A stretch of DNA of 37,527 bases from an uncultured Alphaproteobacteria bacterium (GTDB lineage: Bacteria; Pseudomonadota; Alphaproteobacteria; Rs-D84), in contig CALXQT010000014.1 of the NCBI GenBank assembly GCA_944390835.1, positions 1 to 37,527 of the forward strand, read 5' to 3'. This document shows, in pieces, positions 1 to 9,188 of the stretch (position 1 is its first letter; every line of letters starts with the position of its first letter). The notes under the pieces were generated by a model. It saw only the letters and a list, made by a program, of their open reading frames with translations, did not search any database and had not been told where the DNA came from. The position numbers and the translations under genes are program-made.

Positions 1-58
1 AAACATAGATTAAAATGAAAAAGTTAAGAATACAAAAAAGAATATTAAAAATAAATAT

Positions 59-82
59 AGAAACACCCGATAGGTTGTTTCT
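59..82 (-). terminator. Possible intrinsic terminator downstream of the PagL-like gene
   Basis: Imperfect inverted repeat AGAAACA...TGTTTCT a few nt past the minus-strand stop codon, with A-rich sequence on the left (U-rich on the minus strand). Confidence 0.4.
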
Positions 83-87
83 TATTT

Positions 88-651
88 TTAGAAACTGTAA
101 TGTATAGCCAGACCAGTAAAATTAAAACCGCGGTTTATTTCTGTGAAACTGCCGTTAGAAAAATGTTGAGTAAACCATTCTATGCGCCAACGATCAGAAA
201 TATTTTTACCGATAAATACACGTTCGCCGAATACTAACCTGCTTTCCACATATCGGTCACCAGAATCACGCATATATGGCCCTATACCGACGCCGATATA
301 AAATCCGTGCCAATCCACAAGAGATACATCCCAAGATATACCAGCAGCAATGAAGTTTAAACCATCGTCATGGTTGTAACCAAGGTTTTGGACAATAGAG
401 ATATTCATTCGCGATGGTAATCTAAATATTTCCATTGGCTGACTGTATTGTAACATAAAATTGGTCATTGGCTCAAAATCCCACAGAAAAGGATTAATTA
501 ATTTTAATAAAGAGCCCGGACTGGTTCCTTGTGCTACGTATAATGCGATTGCGTTATCTGTGTTTTTTCCGAACATAGGATTAAGTTTCTCTGATTCTGC
601 AAATGCAGGTAATGTTAATAACGATAAAAATAGCACAATATGTTTTTTCAT
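88..651 (-). CDS. Lipid A 3-O-deacylase (PagL)/acyloxyacyl hydrolase family outer-membrane beta-barrel
   Basis: Signal peptide MKKHIVLFLSLLTLPAFA. C-terminal QHFSNG...NRGFN matches the PagL-family H-x-S-N motif, and the protein ends in aromatic residues (HYSF). Start moved from 669 to the ATG at 651, which follows a TATAAT box. Confidence 0.75.
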   Translation of the reverse strand: MKKHIVLFLSLLTLPAFAESEKLNPMFGKNTDNAIALYVAQGTSPGSLLKLINPFLWDFEPMTNFMLQYSQPMEIFRLPSRMNISIVQNLGYNHDDGLNFIAAGISWDVSLVDWHGFYIGVGIGPYMRDSGDRYVESRLVFGERVFIGKNISDRWRIEWFTQHFSNGSFTEINRGFNFTGLAIHYSF

Positions 652-727
652 GGTTTGGTAATTATACACTATAAAGACTCATAAACAAATAATAAAAAAT
701 TCCCCATGAAAAGACCCGGTTTTCTTA

Positions 728-756
728 TTTACAGACCTTTGTAAAAATGTTATAAT
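728..756 (+). promoter_or_regulatory. Sigma70-type promoter for the 843 gene
   Basis: TTTACA-N17-TATAAT with an extended TG. Confidence 0.6.
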
Positions 757-842
757 TATAGAAAATAGGCGGGGGGTCTATATTTGACCGTACCGTTAAA
801 TAACGGGTTTTCCGGGCCTTTCCGGAATACAGGAGAGTATTT

Positions 843-3014
843 ATGAAAAGCCGTAATTTCGCAGAATATTGTAAAAATGCGATGGGAACAGTGTTTTTAT
901 TGGCAGGCGCATTCTTTGTTTGTTCAACATTGATATCTATGCGTGCCGTTTTCGCGGATCCTATTGCTCCAGCTAATGCAATAAGTACAGCATCTGTTCA
1001 ATCGCCGCGTTCAAGCAATAGTGTGCGGTCTTCTGGTCGTGCCGCGTCTTCACGCAGTACTTCTTCGACTGTGGTTTCTCGTGGAACAACGGCGTCAAAT
1101 ACAGGAACTACTGCAAGAACAGTAACATCTCGTACCACATCTGTGCCGACAGCGACTGCAAGTACCGCTTCTTCTGGGCGTTCAAGCGCAACAGTTTCTC
1201 GTGGGACAACGACAAATTCTTCATCTTCTCGGGGTGTGTCATCTCGTAATGTTGTGTCTCGGGCCACATCCTCAAATGTTGTAAATTCTTCACGAAGTGT
1301 TGTTTCTCGTACGGCAACAACGCCAAATACGGCAGCACGCATATCATTACAAGGCAGCGCAATTCGTGGCAGCACTTCTGCGGCAACTAATACATACACA
1401 TATCTACAGAGCAAACTTTATACTGGTAATTATTCTAATATAATTGATTCTACGACGGGTTTGATTTCTGCCGAAGCATATAATAATTGTATGGAATCTT
1501 ATTATGCATGTATGGATGAAATTTGTACGGCTCGTAATGCTGCGCAGCGTCGTTGTGCGTGTGCCGGTCGTGTAAAGGCGTTCGCAGAAGCTGAGGCGGC
1601 ACTGGAACAGGCCAATGAAGAATTGATTAAGGTATCTGGCGAGTTAGCTTTATTGATTGCAACTAAGGGTAAAGATGTAAGTCAGGCGTTCCAGTTAACA
1701 GACGCTGAAAAAGTTATGAACTGTGTTTCTTGGCAAGAAGTAACTAATAAGTATGGTCAGTCTTCTGATGAAGCTATTGAATGGTGTTATAATCATGGAT
1801 TTTATGGTTCAAATGGTGGAACTTTGTCGTCTTGTGCACAACCATCATATTGTTCTGAAACCGGAAATAATTTTGGATTTAATATAGCGGATATAGATGG
1901 TTCAAGTAGCGATATTTTAGCATCCTTACAATCGTGGGCTGATGCAAAAGAGCAAACTTTAACAATATTAAGCGATGATACGGATAGTTTGACAAGTGCT
2001 TTTGATAACCTGACAAATGTTGTTGGTAATTTGGCGGGGATAGATGGGGCTTTCGCTAATACAGAAGATTTAAAGGATTCTTTAGCCGAAACATGGGGGT
2101 ATGAGTTGTTTGAATATGCCCATAACAATGTATGTAACCGGGTCCTGGATTCTTGCTTTAACGGAATTTATGAGGCATGCGGTACACCACCGTCTGGCGG
2201 AACAAAATGCGGTAACGGTCGTTCACAATGCCCTTACAATTATAATAGCTATATATCTGTAAGTAATACAGGTACGTATGAATTAAACTTTATTGAATCT
2301 GATACAGGTTATACGGCTTCTAATTCGGCAACGTGTTTTGGGTATACAACTGCATCTGGTGACCCTTATGCGGATTTGCGTAAACCTGTTGCGGATGCTC
2401 GTCGCAGTATTATGCAAAAGTATGCGTTGGATGCAAATGCTGACTGTGATGCTTATGGCGATCAGTTAAGTACTACGGCACAAAATATTGGCTATCAGAA
2501 AGTTGCAGCTCAGCAGGCTTTGCAACAGAAACGTTTAGAGTTTTATCAAGAAGAACAGCAAACTATCTTGTCTGAAGCAACAGCTGCTGGAACTAACTTT
2601 AATGAATGCTTAAGCGAAATCTATGATTGCTATGAGACACAGGCAGACGCTGAACCTAATTGGACAACGTCGCGTATCAAAACATATTGCGCACAGGTCG
2701 CGAATGTTCCGCATTGCTATGAGACGATGATATGTAATCCGTCTACGTCGCAATTCCGTGCAATTATTGATAAGCAAGATAACGAACAGTGCAATAACAG
2801 TCAGAACTATGAAGAAAATACTTGTCGTAACATTGTAACATTGAATGAAATCTTGAACGGTGTAAACGGTGCTACGGTTACGGATGCGAGTACGCAGTTA
2901 TGTATCGGTTCTGATTCTTCAAAGTGCAGTTCTGCTAATTTGCGTGAACAATGCCTGTTGAATAACTGGGTTGAAGAAATCCGTACATGGACGAAGCCTA
3001 GTTCAGGAGATTAA
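843..3014 (+). CDS. Secreted Cys-rich hypothetical protein with an N-terminal Ser/Thr/Arg low-complexity repeat region (paralog A)
   Basis: 723-aa ORF with SD AGGAG. Signal-like segment ending AVFA-D, about 140 aa of S/T/R repeats, then 26 Cys in the remainder. Colinear motifs shared with 3879..6290. Confidence 0.85.
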   Translation: MKSRNFAEYCKNAMGTVFLLAGAFFVCSTLISMRAVFADPIAPANAISTASVQSPRSSNSVRSSGRAASSRSTSSTVVSRGTTASNTGTTARTVTSRTTSVPTATASTASSGRSSATVSRGTTTNSSSSRGVSSRNVVSRATSSNVVNSSRSVVSRTATTPNTAARISLQGSAIRGSTSAATNTYTYLQSKLYTGNYSNIIDSTTGLISAEAYNNCMESYYACMDEICTARNAAQRRCACAGRVKAFAEAEAALEQANEELIKVSGELALLIATKGKDVSQAFQLTDAEKVMNCVSWQEVTNKYGQSSDEAIEWCYNHGFYGSNGGTLSSCAQPSYCSETGNNFGFNIADIDGSSSDILASLQSWADAKEQTLTILSDDTDSLTSAFDNLTNVVGNLAGIDGAFANTEDLKDSLAETWGYELFEYAHNNVCNRVLDSCFNGIYEACGTPPSGGTKCGNGRSQCPYNYNSYISVSNTGTYELNFIESDTGYTASNSATCFGYTTASGDPYADLRKPVADARRSIMQKYALDANADCDAYGDQLSTTAQNIGYQKVAAQQALQQKRLEFYQEEQQTILSEATAAGTNFNECLSEIYDCYETQADAEPNWTTSRIKTYCAQVANVPHCYETMICNPSTSQFRAIIDKQDNEQCNNSQNYEENTCRNIVTLNEILNGVNGATVTDASTQLCIGSDSSKCSSANLREQCLLNNWVEEIRTWTKPSSGD
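1074..1211 (+). repeat. Imperfect coding direct repeats (VSRGTT units)
   Basis: GTTTCTCGTGGAACAACG at 1074 and GTTTCTCGTGGGACAACG at 1194 (17/18 identical), with more degenerate copies nearby. Confidence 0.7.
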
Positions 3015-3022
3015 GGTTAGAA

Positions 3023-3056
3023 AATAAAAAATGCCCCAAACGGGGCATTTTTTATT
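3023..3056 (+). terminator. Intrinsic terminator
   Basis: AATAAAAAATGCCCC-AAAC-GGGGCATTTTTTATT, a perfect inverted repeat with a U tract. Confidence 0.9.
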
Positions 3057-3177
3057 GGTTAAATACGTGGTTTGTAGAAAAGTTTATGCAAAACTGCTTG
3101 ACTTTTTGTTGAAAAATGTTATTTTTGTAGAAACTTTTAAGCAAAACAGAACAAGAACAATATAAAAGAGAAAGAAA

Positions 3178-3477
3178 ATGAGCGAAATTGCAATCTTTCA
3201 AACCGGTGGCAAACAGTATCGCGTAAAGCAGGGTGATATTGTAAAAGTTGAAAAACTAAATGCTGAGGGTAAAGTTGAATTCGATCAGGTATTGATGTTA
3301 GATGACAAAATTGGTACCCCATTTATTGAAGGCGCCAAGGTTGTTGCCGAAGTCGTTGAACAGAAACGTTCTGACAAAGTTTTAGTATTCAAGAAAAAGC
3401 GTCGTCAGAATTATCGTCGTACAAAGGGTCATCGTCAGTACATCACTGTATTGAAAATCACAGAAATTAAAGGCTAA
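3178..3477 (+). CDS. rplU: 50S ribosomal protein L21
   Basis: [12 protein letters not shown] and [17 protein letters not shown] signature motifs; precedes rpmA. Confidence 0.98.
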   Translation: MSEIAIFQTGGKQYRVKQGDIVKVEKLNAEGKVEFDQVLMLDDKIGTPFIEGAKVVAEVVEQKRSDKVLVFKKKRRQNYRRTKGHRQYITVLKITEIKG

Positions 3478-3522
3478 AAATTTCTGGTTGTAGTGTAATC
3501 AGAAATCTAAAGGAGTTTAATT

Positions 3523-3789
3523 ATGGCACATAAGAAAGCAGGTTCAGCAACGACCAACGGACGTGATTCAGCAGGACGTCGTTTGGGTGTTAAGAAATCT
3601 GGTGGCAGTCGTGTTATCCCAGGCAACATTATCATTCGTCAGCGTGGTACATCTGTACATCCTGGTTTGAATGTTGGTATGGGTAAAGACCACACATTAT
3701 TTGCGAAAATTGCAGGTATTGTGAAATTTAAAAAAGGTCTGGGCGACAGAAAGACAGTTTCTGTTATACCTGAATCTGAAGACAAATAA
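3523..3789 (+). CDS. rpmA: 50S ribosomal protein L27
   Basis: [24 protein letters not shown]...IIRQRG...GKDHTLFA; SD AAGGAG. Confidence 0.98.
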   Translation: MAHKKAGSATTNGRDSAGRRLGVKKSGGSRVIPGNIIIRQRGTSVHPGLNVGMGKDHTLFAKIAGIVKFKKGLGDRKTVSVIPESEDK

Positions 3790-3790
3790 A

Positions 3791-3820
3791 AAAGTCCGCC
3801 AATTGGCGGACTTTATTTTT
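3791..3820 (+). terminator. Intrinsic terminator after rplU-rpmA
   Basis: AAAGTCCGCC-AATT-GGCGGACTTT followed by ATTTTT. Confidence 0.9.
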
Positions 3821-3878
3821 AATAAATATTTTTTCATCTTTTATGTCGGTCATAGTTGTGTTATAATTATGTAATAAT

Positions 3879-6290
3879 ATGAGAAGATTGCCGCTGTGCT
3901 TTTTCTTGATTGCTTTTTCTGCACCGTTTGCTTTTGCAGACGGTACTACTTCAACTATATCACGCGTAATTCCGTCTACATCTGGAACTTCGTCATCACA
4001 GTCTGATACAGCAGCGCGCGGTTCATCGGCTACTGTGTCTCGCGCTCAGGTATCGCGTACTACAACAAATACAGCATCACAAATAGCAGCTGGCGTTACA
4101 AAAGATGTAAACGAACGTGAAGAAGCTGATCGTAACGTTGTCAGTCGTACGGCAACAAATACAGATTCTGCTGATTCCGGTGTTGTTCGTGTTGGTGCAA
4201 GGGTCGTATCTTTGGGAACCGATAACGCAGCAACAAAGACTGCATCAACTGCGCGTAGCAGTACGACCACAATAAATTCTGCTTCGACGTCACGTTCAAG
4301 TATTTCTCAGACAGGAACAAGTAGTGCACGCGAAACTTTGGAAGCGACTGTAAATAATGTCGGTCTTAACCCCAGGGTAGAGGCAGCAAGTATTAACAGT
4401 AATCCAGCATTACGCCGTGCCGGAGTAACTTTAAGACCAACAACGGCCGAGGTTGGTGGGCGTGCTAAAATAGCTGGCACAACAGTTCAAACGGGTTCTA
4501 ATATCGATGAAGAAATTCGCAACCTTCAATCGCGTGCAGCCAGTTCAACACAGGTTGCTACATCTGAATCTATTTCTGAAGCGAAAGAACGTTTAGAACT
4601 GACATCGGATTTAAATTCTTCTTGTCAGCAACAGTATAATGATTGTATGGATCAGTTTTGTGCGGTTGTGAATTCTAATCAGGGTCGTTGTTCGTGCTCT
4701 TCAAATCTGTCAAATTATACAGAGGTAGAAGAGGCGGTAACGGACGCTAATAATCAATTAAATGAAGTTGCGCAACGTATTCGTTATGTTGGTCTTTCTG
4801 CTGACGAAATCCGGGCTATTATGACAGAGACAGAAGCAGAAGAAGCCTTAAATGGTTCAAAAGATACATCAGAAACGCGTAACATGTTGGAAGAAATAGA
4901 GGCGCTTATTCGTGATCCTGTCAGCACTACTTCTTCTTACACTTCTTCATCGTTTGGTCTGGACATGGATTTAGATTTTTCTTCTGATGTGGCCGATATA
5001 TTCAGTTTAGATTTCTTAAATACTGGTACAACAAGTTTTTCTAATTTGCGTGGTAAAGACTTATATAATGCCGCTAAATCTCGTTGTAAAACGGTTTTAA
5101 ATCAGTGTGAGGCAGCTGGGGCCAATGTTGATCAAATTACAGGAAATTATGATTTAGCGATAGATAAAGATTGTATCGCATATGAACAGGGTTTAACCAA
5201 GATGAACGAAACTTTGGTTTCGAATGTGCGTAGCGCTAACTTAATGTTACAGAAGGCGCGCTTGGCGGTGTTACAAAACAAGAACCAGTATGATGCAAAG
5301 GGATGTATTGCTGCACTGGATGCTTGTATGACGGACGAAATGGTTTGTGGCGCTGATTATACAAAATGTTTGGATCCTACTAAGCGATACATTGATGAAA
5401 ATGGTGATGTTGTTCTGGGTGAGAATATAACGAATATTACCGCATTTATGAAAAATTACGATAATTCAAAAATAACAGACGCTTTCCTTAGCCAAGCTTA
5501 TAAAATGTCGACGAGTGTTGATAGTTGTACGAAAGAACCAGATAAGGATGGTGTCGGTAATAACGGTGCTTGCATTGTAAAATATCTGTTACAAAAAATA
5601 GGTACTGGGCAAGAAGTAACTGATGAAGGATTGTGTCGTGCAGTATTGGATAAATGTCAGGCATATACATACGATGATAACGAGAAATATAATGCTTATA
5701 ATGACATCGTTGTCAATTATGTTCAGAGAGCAATGGTTAATATTCAAGCGGAACAGCGCCAGATAATATCTGATTACGCATCAAATTGTATGTTGGATAT
5801 TGCAAACTGCTATAATCAGCAAGTAACGCAGGTTAATGCGTGGTCGTCAAGTGCCAGCGTAAGCAGCATTTATAGCGTTATGCGTGGCGCATGTCGTAAC
5901 GTAGCTTTGACGTGTGCTTATGCTGTATTTGCTGAACCTGAAGACAGTACTAACGCTTCTACGGCTTGTATTTATTACACAGATACATCTAAAACTACCG
6001 TTGAACAAAATGAGTCTAACTGTATAGATAATATATCACAAATGTTTTATCAGTCATTGTTATGCCCGGATAATTCTACATATCAAAAAACAGACGGTGA
6101 AGCGGGTTCCAATGATTATGTTAATGATCGTTGTAAATGTAATAATGGTTATGAACCTTTTGGATCGCAGTGTTTGCGTAAATGTGACACAAATTTTGTA
6201 CGTAATTCTTATGGTACGTGCGTATGTGATTCTAGCTCTGGTTATACCATGGTGGACGGTTCTTGTGTAAAATCTACTAACTCTGATTAA
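3879..6290 (+). CDS. Secreted Cys-rich hypothetical protein with an S/T/R-rich N-terminus and EGF/laminin-like C-terminal Cys repeats (paralog B)
   Basis: 803 aa; signal peptide ending AFA-D; VSR-type repeats; 30 Cys after the signal; C-terminal CKCNNGY...C and CVCDSSSGY...C units. Confidence 0.85.
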   Translation: MRRLPLCFFLIAFSAPFAFADGTTSTISRVIPSTSGTSSSQSDTAARGSSATVSRAQVSRTTTNTASQIAAGVTKDVNEREEADRNVVSRTATNTDSADSGVVRVGARVVSLGTDNAATKTASTARSSTTTINSASTSRSSISQTGTSSARETLEATVNNVGLNPRVEAASINSNPALRRAGVTLRPTTAEVGGRAKIAGTTVQTGSNIDEEIRNLQSRAASSTQVATSESISEAKERLELTSDLNSSCQQQYNDCMDQFCAVVNSNQGRCSCSSNLSNYTEVEEAVTDANNQLNEVAQRIRYVGLSADEIRAIMTETEAEEALNGSKDTSETRNMLEEIEALIRDPVSTTSSYTSSSFGLDMDLDFSSDVADIFSLDFLNTGTTSFSNLRGKDLYNAAKSRCKTVLNQCEAAGANVDQITGNYDLAIDKDCIAYEQGLTKMNETLVSNVRSANLMLQKARLAVLQNKNQYDAKGCIAALDACMTDEMVCGADYTKCLDPTKRYIDENGDVVLGENITNITAFMKNYDNSKITDAFLSQAYKMSTSVDSCTKEPDKDGVGNNGACIVKYLLQKIGTGQEVTDEGLCRAVLDKCQAYTYDDNEKYNAYNDIVVNYVQRAMVNIQAEQRQIISDYASNCMLDIANCYNQQVTQVNAWSSSASVSSIYSVMRGACRNVALTCAYAVFAEPEDSTNASTACIYYTDTSKTTVEQNESNCIDNISQMFYQSLLCPDNSTYQKTDGEAGSNDYVNDRCKCNNGYEPFGSQCLRKCDTNFVRNSYGTCVCDSSSGYTMVDGSCVKSTNSD

Positions 6291-6294
6291 GGTT

Positions 6295-6324
6295 AAAAAA
6301 TACGGTTTTTTAAACCGTTTTTTT
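6295..6324. terminator. Bidirectional terminator between convergent paralog B and dnaQ
   Basis: A tract, ACGGTTT/AAACCGT hairpin, T tract. Confidence 0.75.
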
Positions 6325-7000
6325 ATGCTGAAATTTTTTCCATAAAATTATTATGTGCATTAAGTTCAGTTTCGTGTGCTGGAAAATGACGTCGAGGAAA
6401 ATTACCTCCGATTTTAGGATGCGCTAAAAACGCGTCGTGTTGTTTAGCGATAATATCTGTAACGTCTGGTGCGGGTGCAGTATTTTCAAGTTCTTTATAT
6501 ACCTTTGCCAGAATTTCAGCGTCTATTAATGCACCATGGGCATCTGCACGTGCAGTTAATGATATGCCATACCATTTTGCCAGTGCATCTAAAGAATAGC
6601 TCTTGGGACCAAATACACGATTTCGCGCAATAACTATAGAATCGTATTGTTGGGTACGCGGAATTTGCGGTAAACCGGCCATCTGTAATTCATAATTGAT
6701 GAAAGGAAAGTCAAAGTCTAAACCATTATGTGCAACTATTGGGCTGTCACCAATAAAGTCCAGAAATTTGGGGGCTATAATATTCATTTTCGGTTTGTCT
6801 TCCAAAAAAGCATTAGAAATTTTATGAACCATGTACGAATCAGGTGGAATTATTTTCCCGTCTGGGTTTATGTATTCATGAAATGTATTATCTGTAATAT
6901 TGCCATCAATCATTTCAACAGCGCCGATTTCTATACACCTGTCGCCACGCATGTATTCTAGACCGGTTGTTTCTATGTCAAAACAGATAATACGCCCCAT
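6323..7000 (-). CDS. dnaQ: DNA polymerase III epsilon subunit (DEDDh 3'-5' exonuclease)
   Basis: ExoI DIETTG, ExoII AHNGLDFD, ExoIII HGALIDA; C-terminal E..AH..F tail typical of DnaQ. Confidence 0.92.
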   Translation of the reverse strand: MGRIICFDIETTGLEYMRGDRCIEIGAVEMIDGNITDNTFHEYINPDGKIIPPDSYMVHKISNAFLEDKPKMNIIAPKFLDFIGDSPIVAHNGLDFDFPFINYELQMAGLPQIPRTQQYDSIVIARNRVFGPKSYSLDALAKWYGISLTARADAHGALIDAEILAKVYKELENTAPAPDVTDIIAKQHDAFLAHPKIGGNFPRRHFPAHETELNAHNNFMEKISA

Positions 7001-7067
7001 TTCCTATCCTTGTAAAATATGTTTTTGATAACTTCACTTTGTGTATTATAATGTGTTGGTGAATTTA

Positions 7068-9170
7068 ATGCTAGAAAATCTTAATCCAGAACAAAAAAAA
7101 GCAGTTGAAACGACAGAAGGGCCGTTGTTAGTGCTTTCTGGCGCAGGAACTGGGAAAACACGCGTACTGACGACACGTATTGCATATATATTGAATAACG
7201 CATTGGCTTTGCCGTGGCAGGTTTTGGCGCTTACTTTCACTAATAAAGCCGCTAATGAAATGAAAAATCGGTTGGCTATGTTTTCAGCAGATTCTGGGTG
7301 GTATGCCGGGGACGTTTGGTGTGGTACTTTTCATTCTATTTGCTTGCGTATTTTACGGGCTAATGCGGTTGCTGTTGGATTACGGCGTGACTTTTTGATA
7401 TACGGTGAAGACGAACAGAAAACAGTTTTAAAACATGCATTATCTGAATTAGGGCTGGATATAAAAGATTTTAACCCAGCTGACTGGATAGAACGTATTT
7501 CTGCAATAAAAGATAGAGGTTTAAATAGTTATGAGCATACTTCTGCTATTGCAACTAAAATATTAGATGCATATAACAGTGAACTTTCCAGACTTGGGGC
7601 GATTGATTTTGGTGATATTATATTAAAAGTTCTGGAGTTGTTTAATGCGATGCCGGATGTGTTAACTCGTTATCAGAATCAATTTAAATATATTTTAGTG
7701 GATGAGTTTCAGGATACTAATCTTGCCCAGATGCAATTTCTGCAGATGTTGACACAGAATAAAGATAATCCAAATATATGTTGCGTGGGTGATGATGATC
7801 AGTCCATTTATTCTTGGCGTGGTGCAGAAATAAAGAATATTTTAAACTTTGAGAAAAATTTTCCTAGTGCTCAAATAATTCGTTTGGAAACCAATTATCG
7901 TAGTACTCCGAATATATTGGGGGCGGCGAATTCTTTAATTCGTCATAATTCTGGGCGTTTGGGGAAAGATTTGCGTGCGAAGTCTGGTGTTAATGACGGT
8001 GAACCTGTATACGTTTTAACCGTACCAAGTGATTTCGATGAGGCAAGGTTAGTTGCAGATACAATAATGCGTAAAGATGATGCAGAATCTTACGCAGATT
8101 ATGCGGTGTTAATACGAGCTGGTAGTTTATCTCGTTTGTTTGAAGAAGAATTTACATCTCGGGGTATACCATATAAGTTAATTGGAGCAACGAAGTTTTA
8201 TGATAGAGCAGAAATTCGTGACGCGATTGCGTACTTGCGTGTATTAGTATACCCGTTTGACGATATTTCTTTTATGAGAATTATTGGAAAACCGCGTCGC
8301 GGTTTTGGCCCAGCAGCAATTAATAAGTTGCGACTACTTGGTGAAAATTTAATGGCTGGGTTAAAAAATGCGAACTTAACCGGAAAGCAGGGAACCGCAG
8401 CGGACGAGTTTTTGTCGGCATTTGATTTTGATTGGAAAAATATGCGACCAATGGAGGCGGCACAAAAAATATTAGATGCTTCTGGGTATATACAGATGTG
8501 GCGAGAATCTAAAGATATTGATGCGCCAGATAGGTTAGATAATATTCGTGAATTAATTACAAACGTAATATCTAAGTACGATACTTTAGAAGAGTTTTTA
8601 GAGCATGCCGCTTTGATGATGACTGATGATAATGATTCAGACGACGTGGTAAATTCTGCAGATTCTGTCAGCATTATGACGATACATGCTGCAAAAGGGT
8701 TGGAATTTGATACTGTTTTCTTACCTGCATGGGAAGAAGGCATTTTCCCAAACGATATGGCGATACAGTCTGGGGGCCTAGAAGAAGAGCGTAGGTTGGC
8801 ATATGTTGCAATTACGCGTGCAAGAAAACGAGCTATCATAATAAATACTATGTCTAGGTTAGTCTTTGGAACTAGGCAGTATAATTCTCCTAGTCGATTT
8901 ATAACGGAAATGGATAATCGCTTTTTAGATTTTCAGGGTGGAAGTCCTAGGCCTCATAAATATTATCACGGAGTACCTACACCATATTCAGAACCTGTCA
9001 AACAGCGCCGAGAGTCAATTAAACACGCGTCGTCAGTAGGGCGATTGGTAGAACATCAAGAAATGGGACGAGGTGTTGTAATAGAAGAAAACGATGATAT
9101 TTTGACGGTTGCTTTCCGCGCGCGTGGAATAAAAAAAGTTGCACGTAAGTTCGTTGCGTTTGTGGATTAA
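7068..9170 (+). CDS. uvrD: ATP-dependent DNA helicase UvrD/PcrA/Rep family
   Basis: LNPEQ Q-motif, GAGTGKT, TFTNKAA, VDEFQD, VGDDDQSIYSWRGA, NYRS, TIHAAKGLEF, EERRLAYVAITRA. The ATG at 7068 is preferred because a TTGATA-N16-TATAAT promoter overlaps the GTG at 7041. Confidence 0.95.
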   Translation: MLENLNPEQKKAVETTEGPLLVLSGAGTGKTRVLTTRIAYILNNALALPWQVLALTFTNKAANEMKNRLAMFSADSGWYAGDVWCGTFHSICLRILRANAVAVGLRRDFLIYGEDEQKTVLKHALSELGLDIKDFNPADWIERISAIKDRGLNSYEHTSAIATKILDAYNSELSRLGAIDFGDIILKVLELFNAMPDVLTRYQNQFKYILVDEFQDTNLAQMQFLQMLTQNKDNPNICCVGDDDQSIYSWRGAEIKNILNFEKNFPSAQIIRLETNYRSTPNILGAANSLIRHNSGRLGKDLRAKSGVNDGEPVYVLTVPSDFDEARLVADTIMRKDDAESYADYAVLIRAGSLSRLFEEEFTSRGIPYKLIGATKFYDRAEIRDAIAYLRVLVYPFDDISFMRIIGKPRRGFGPAAINKLRLLGENLMAGLKNANLTGKQGTAADEFLSAFDFDWKNMRPMEAAQKILDASGYIQMWRESKDIDAPDRLDNIRELITNVISKYDTLEEFLEHAALMMTDDNDSDDVVNSADSVSIMTIHAAKGLEFDTVFLPAWEEGIFPNDMAIQSGGLEEERRLAYVAITRARKRAIIINTMSRLVFGTRQYNSPSRFITEMDNRFLDFQGGSPRPHKYYHGVPTPYSEPVKQRRESIKHASSVGRLVEHQEMGRGVVIEENDDILTVAFRARGIKKVARKFVAFVD

Positions 9171-9188
9171 ATGAGCGTAATAATGTTT

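Noticed and set aside
1000-1330. Repeats as a CRISPR array or DNA-level VNTR
   Set aside because: They are degenerate, in-frame and irregularly spaced, and are explained by peptide-level repeats.
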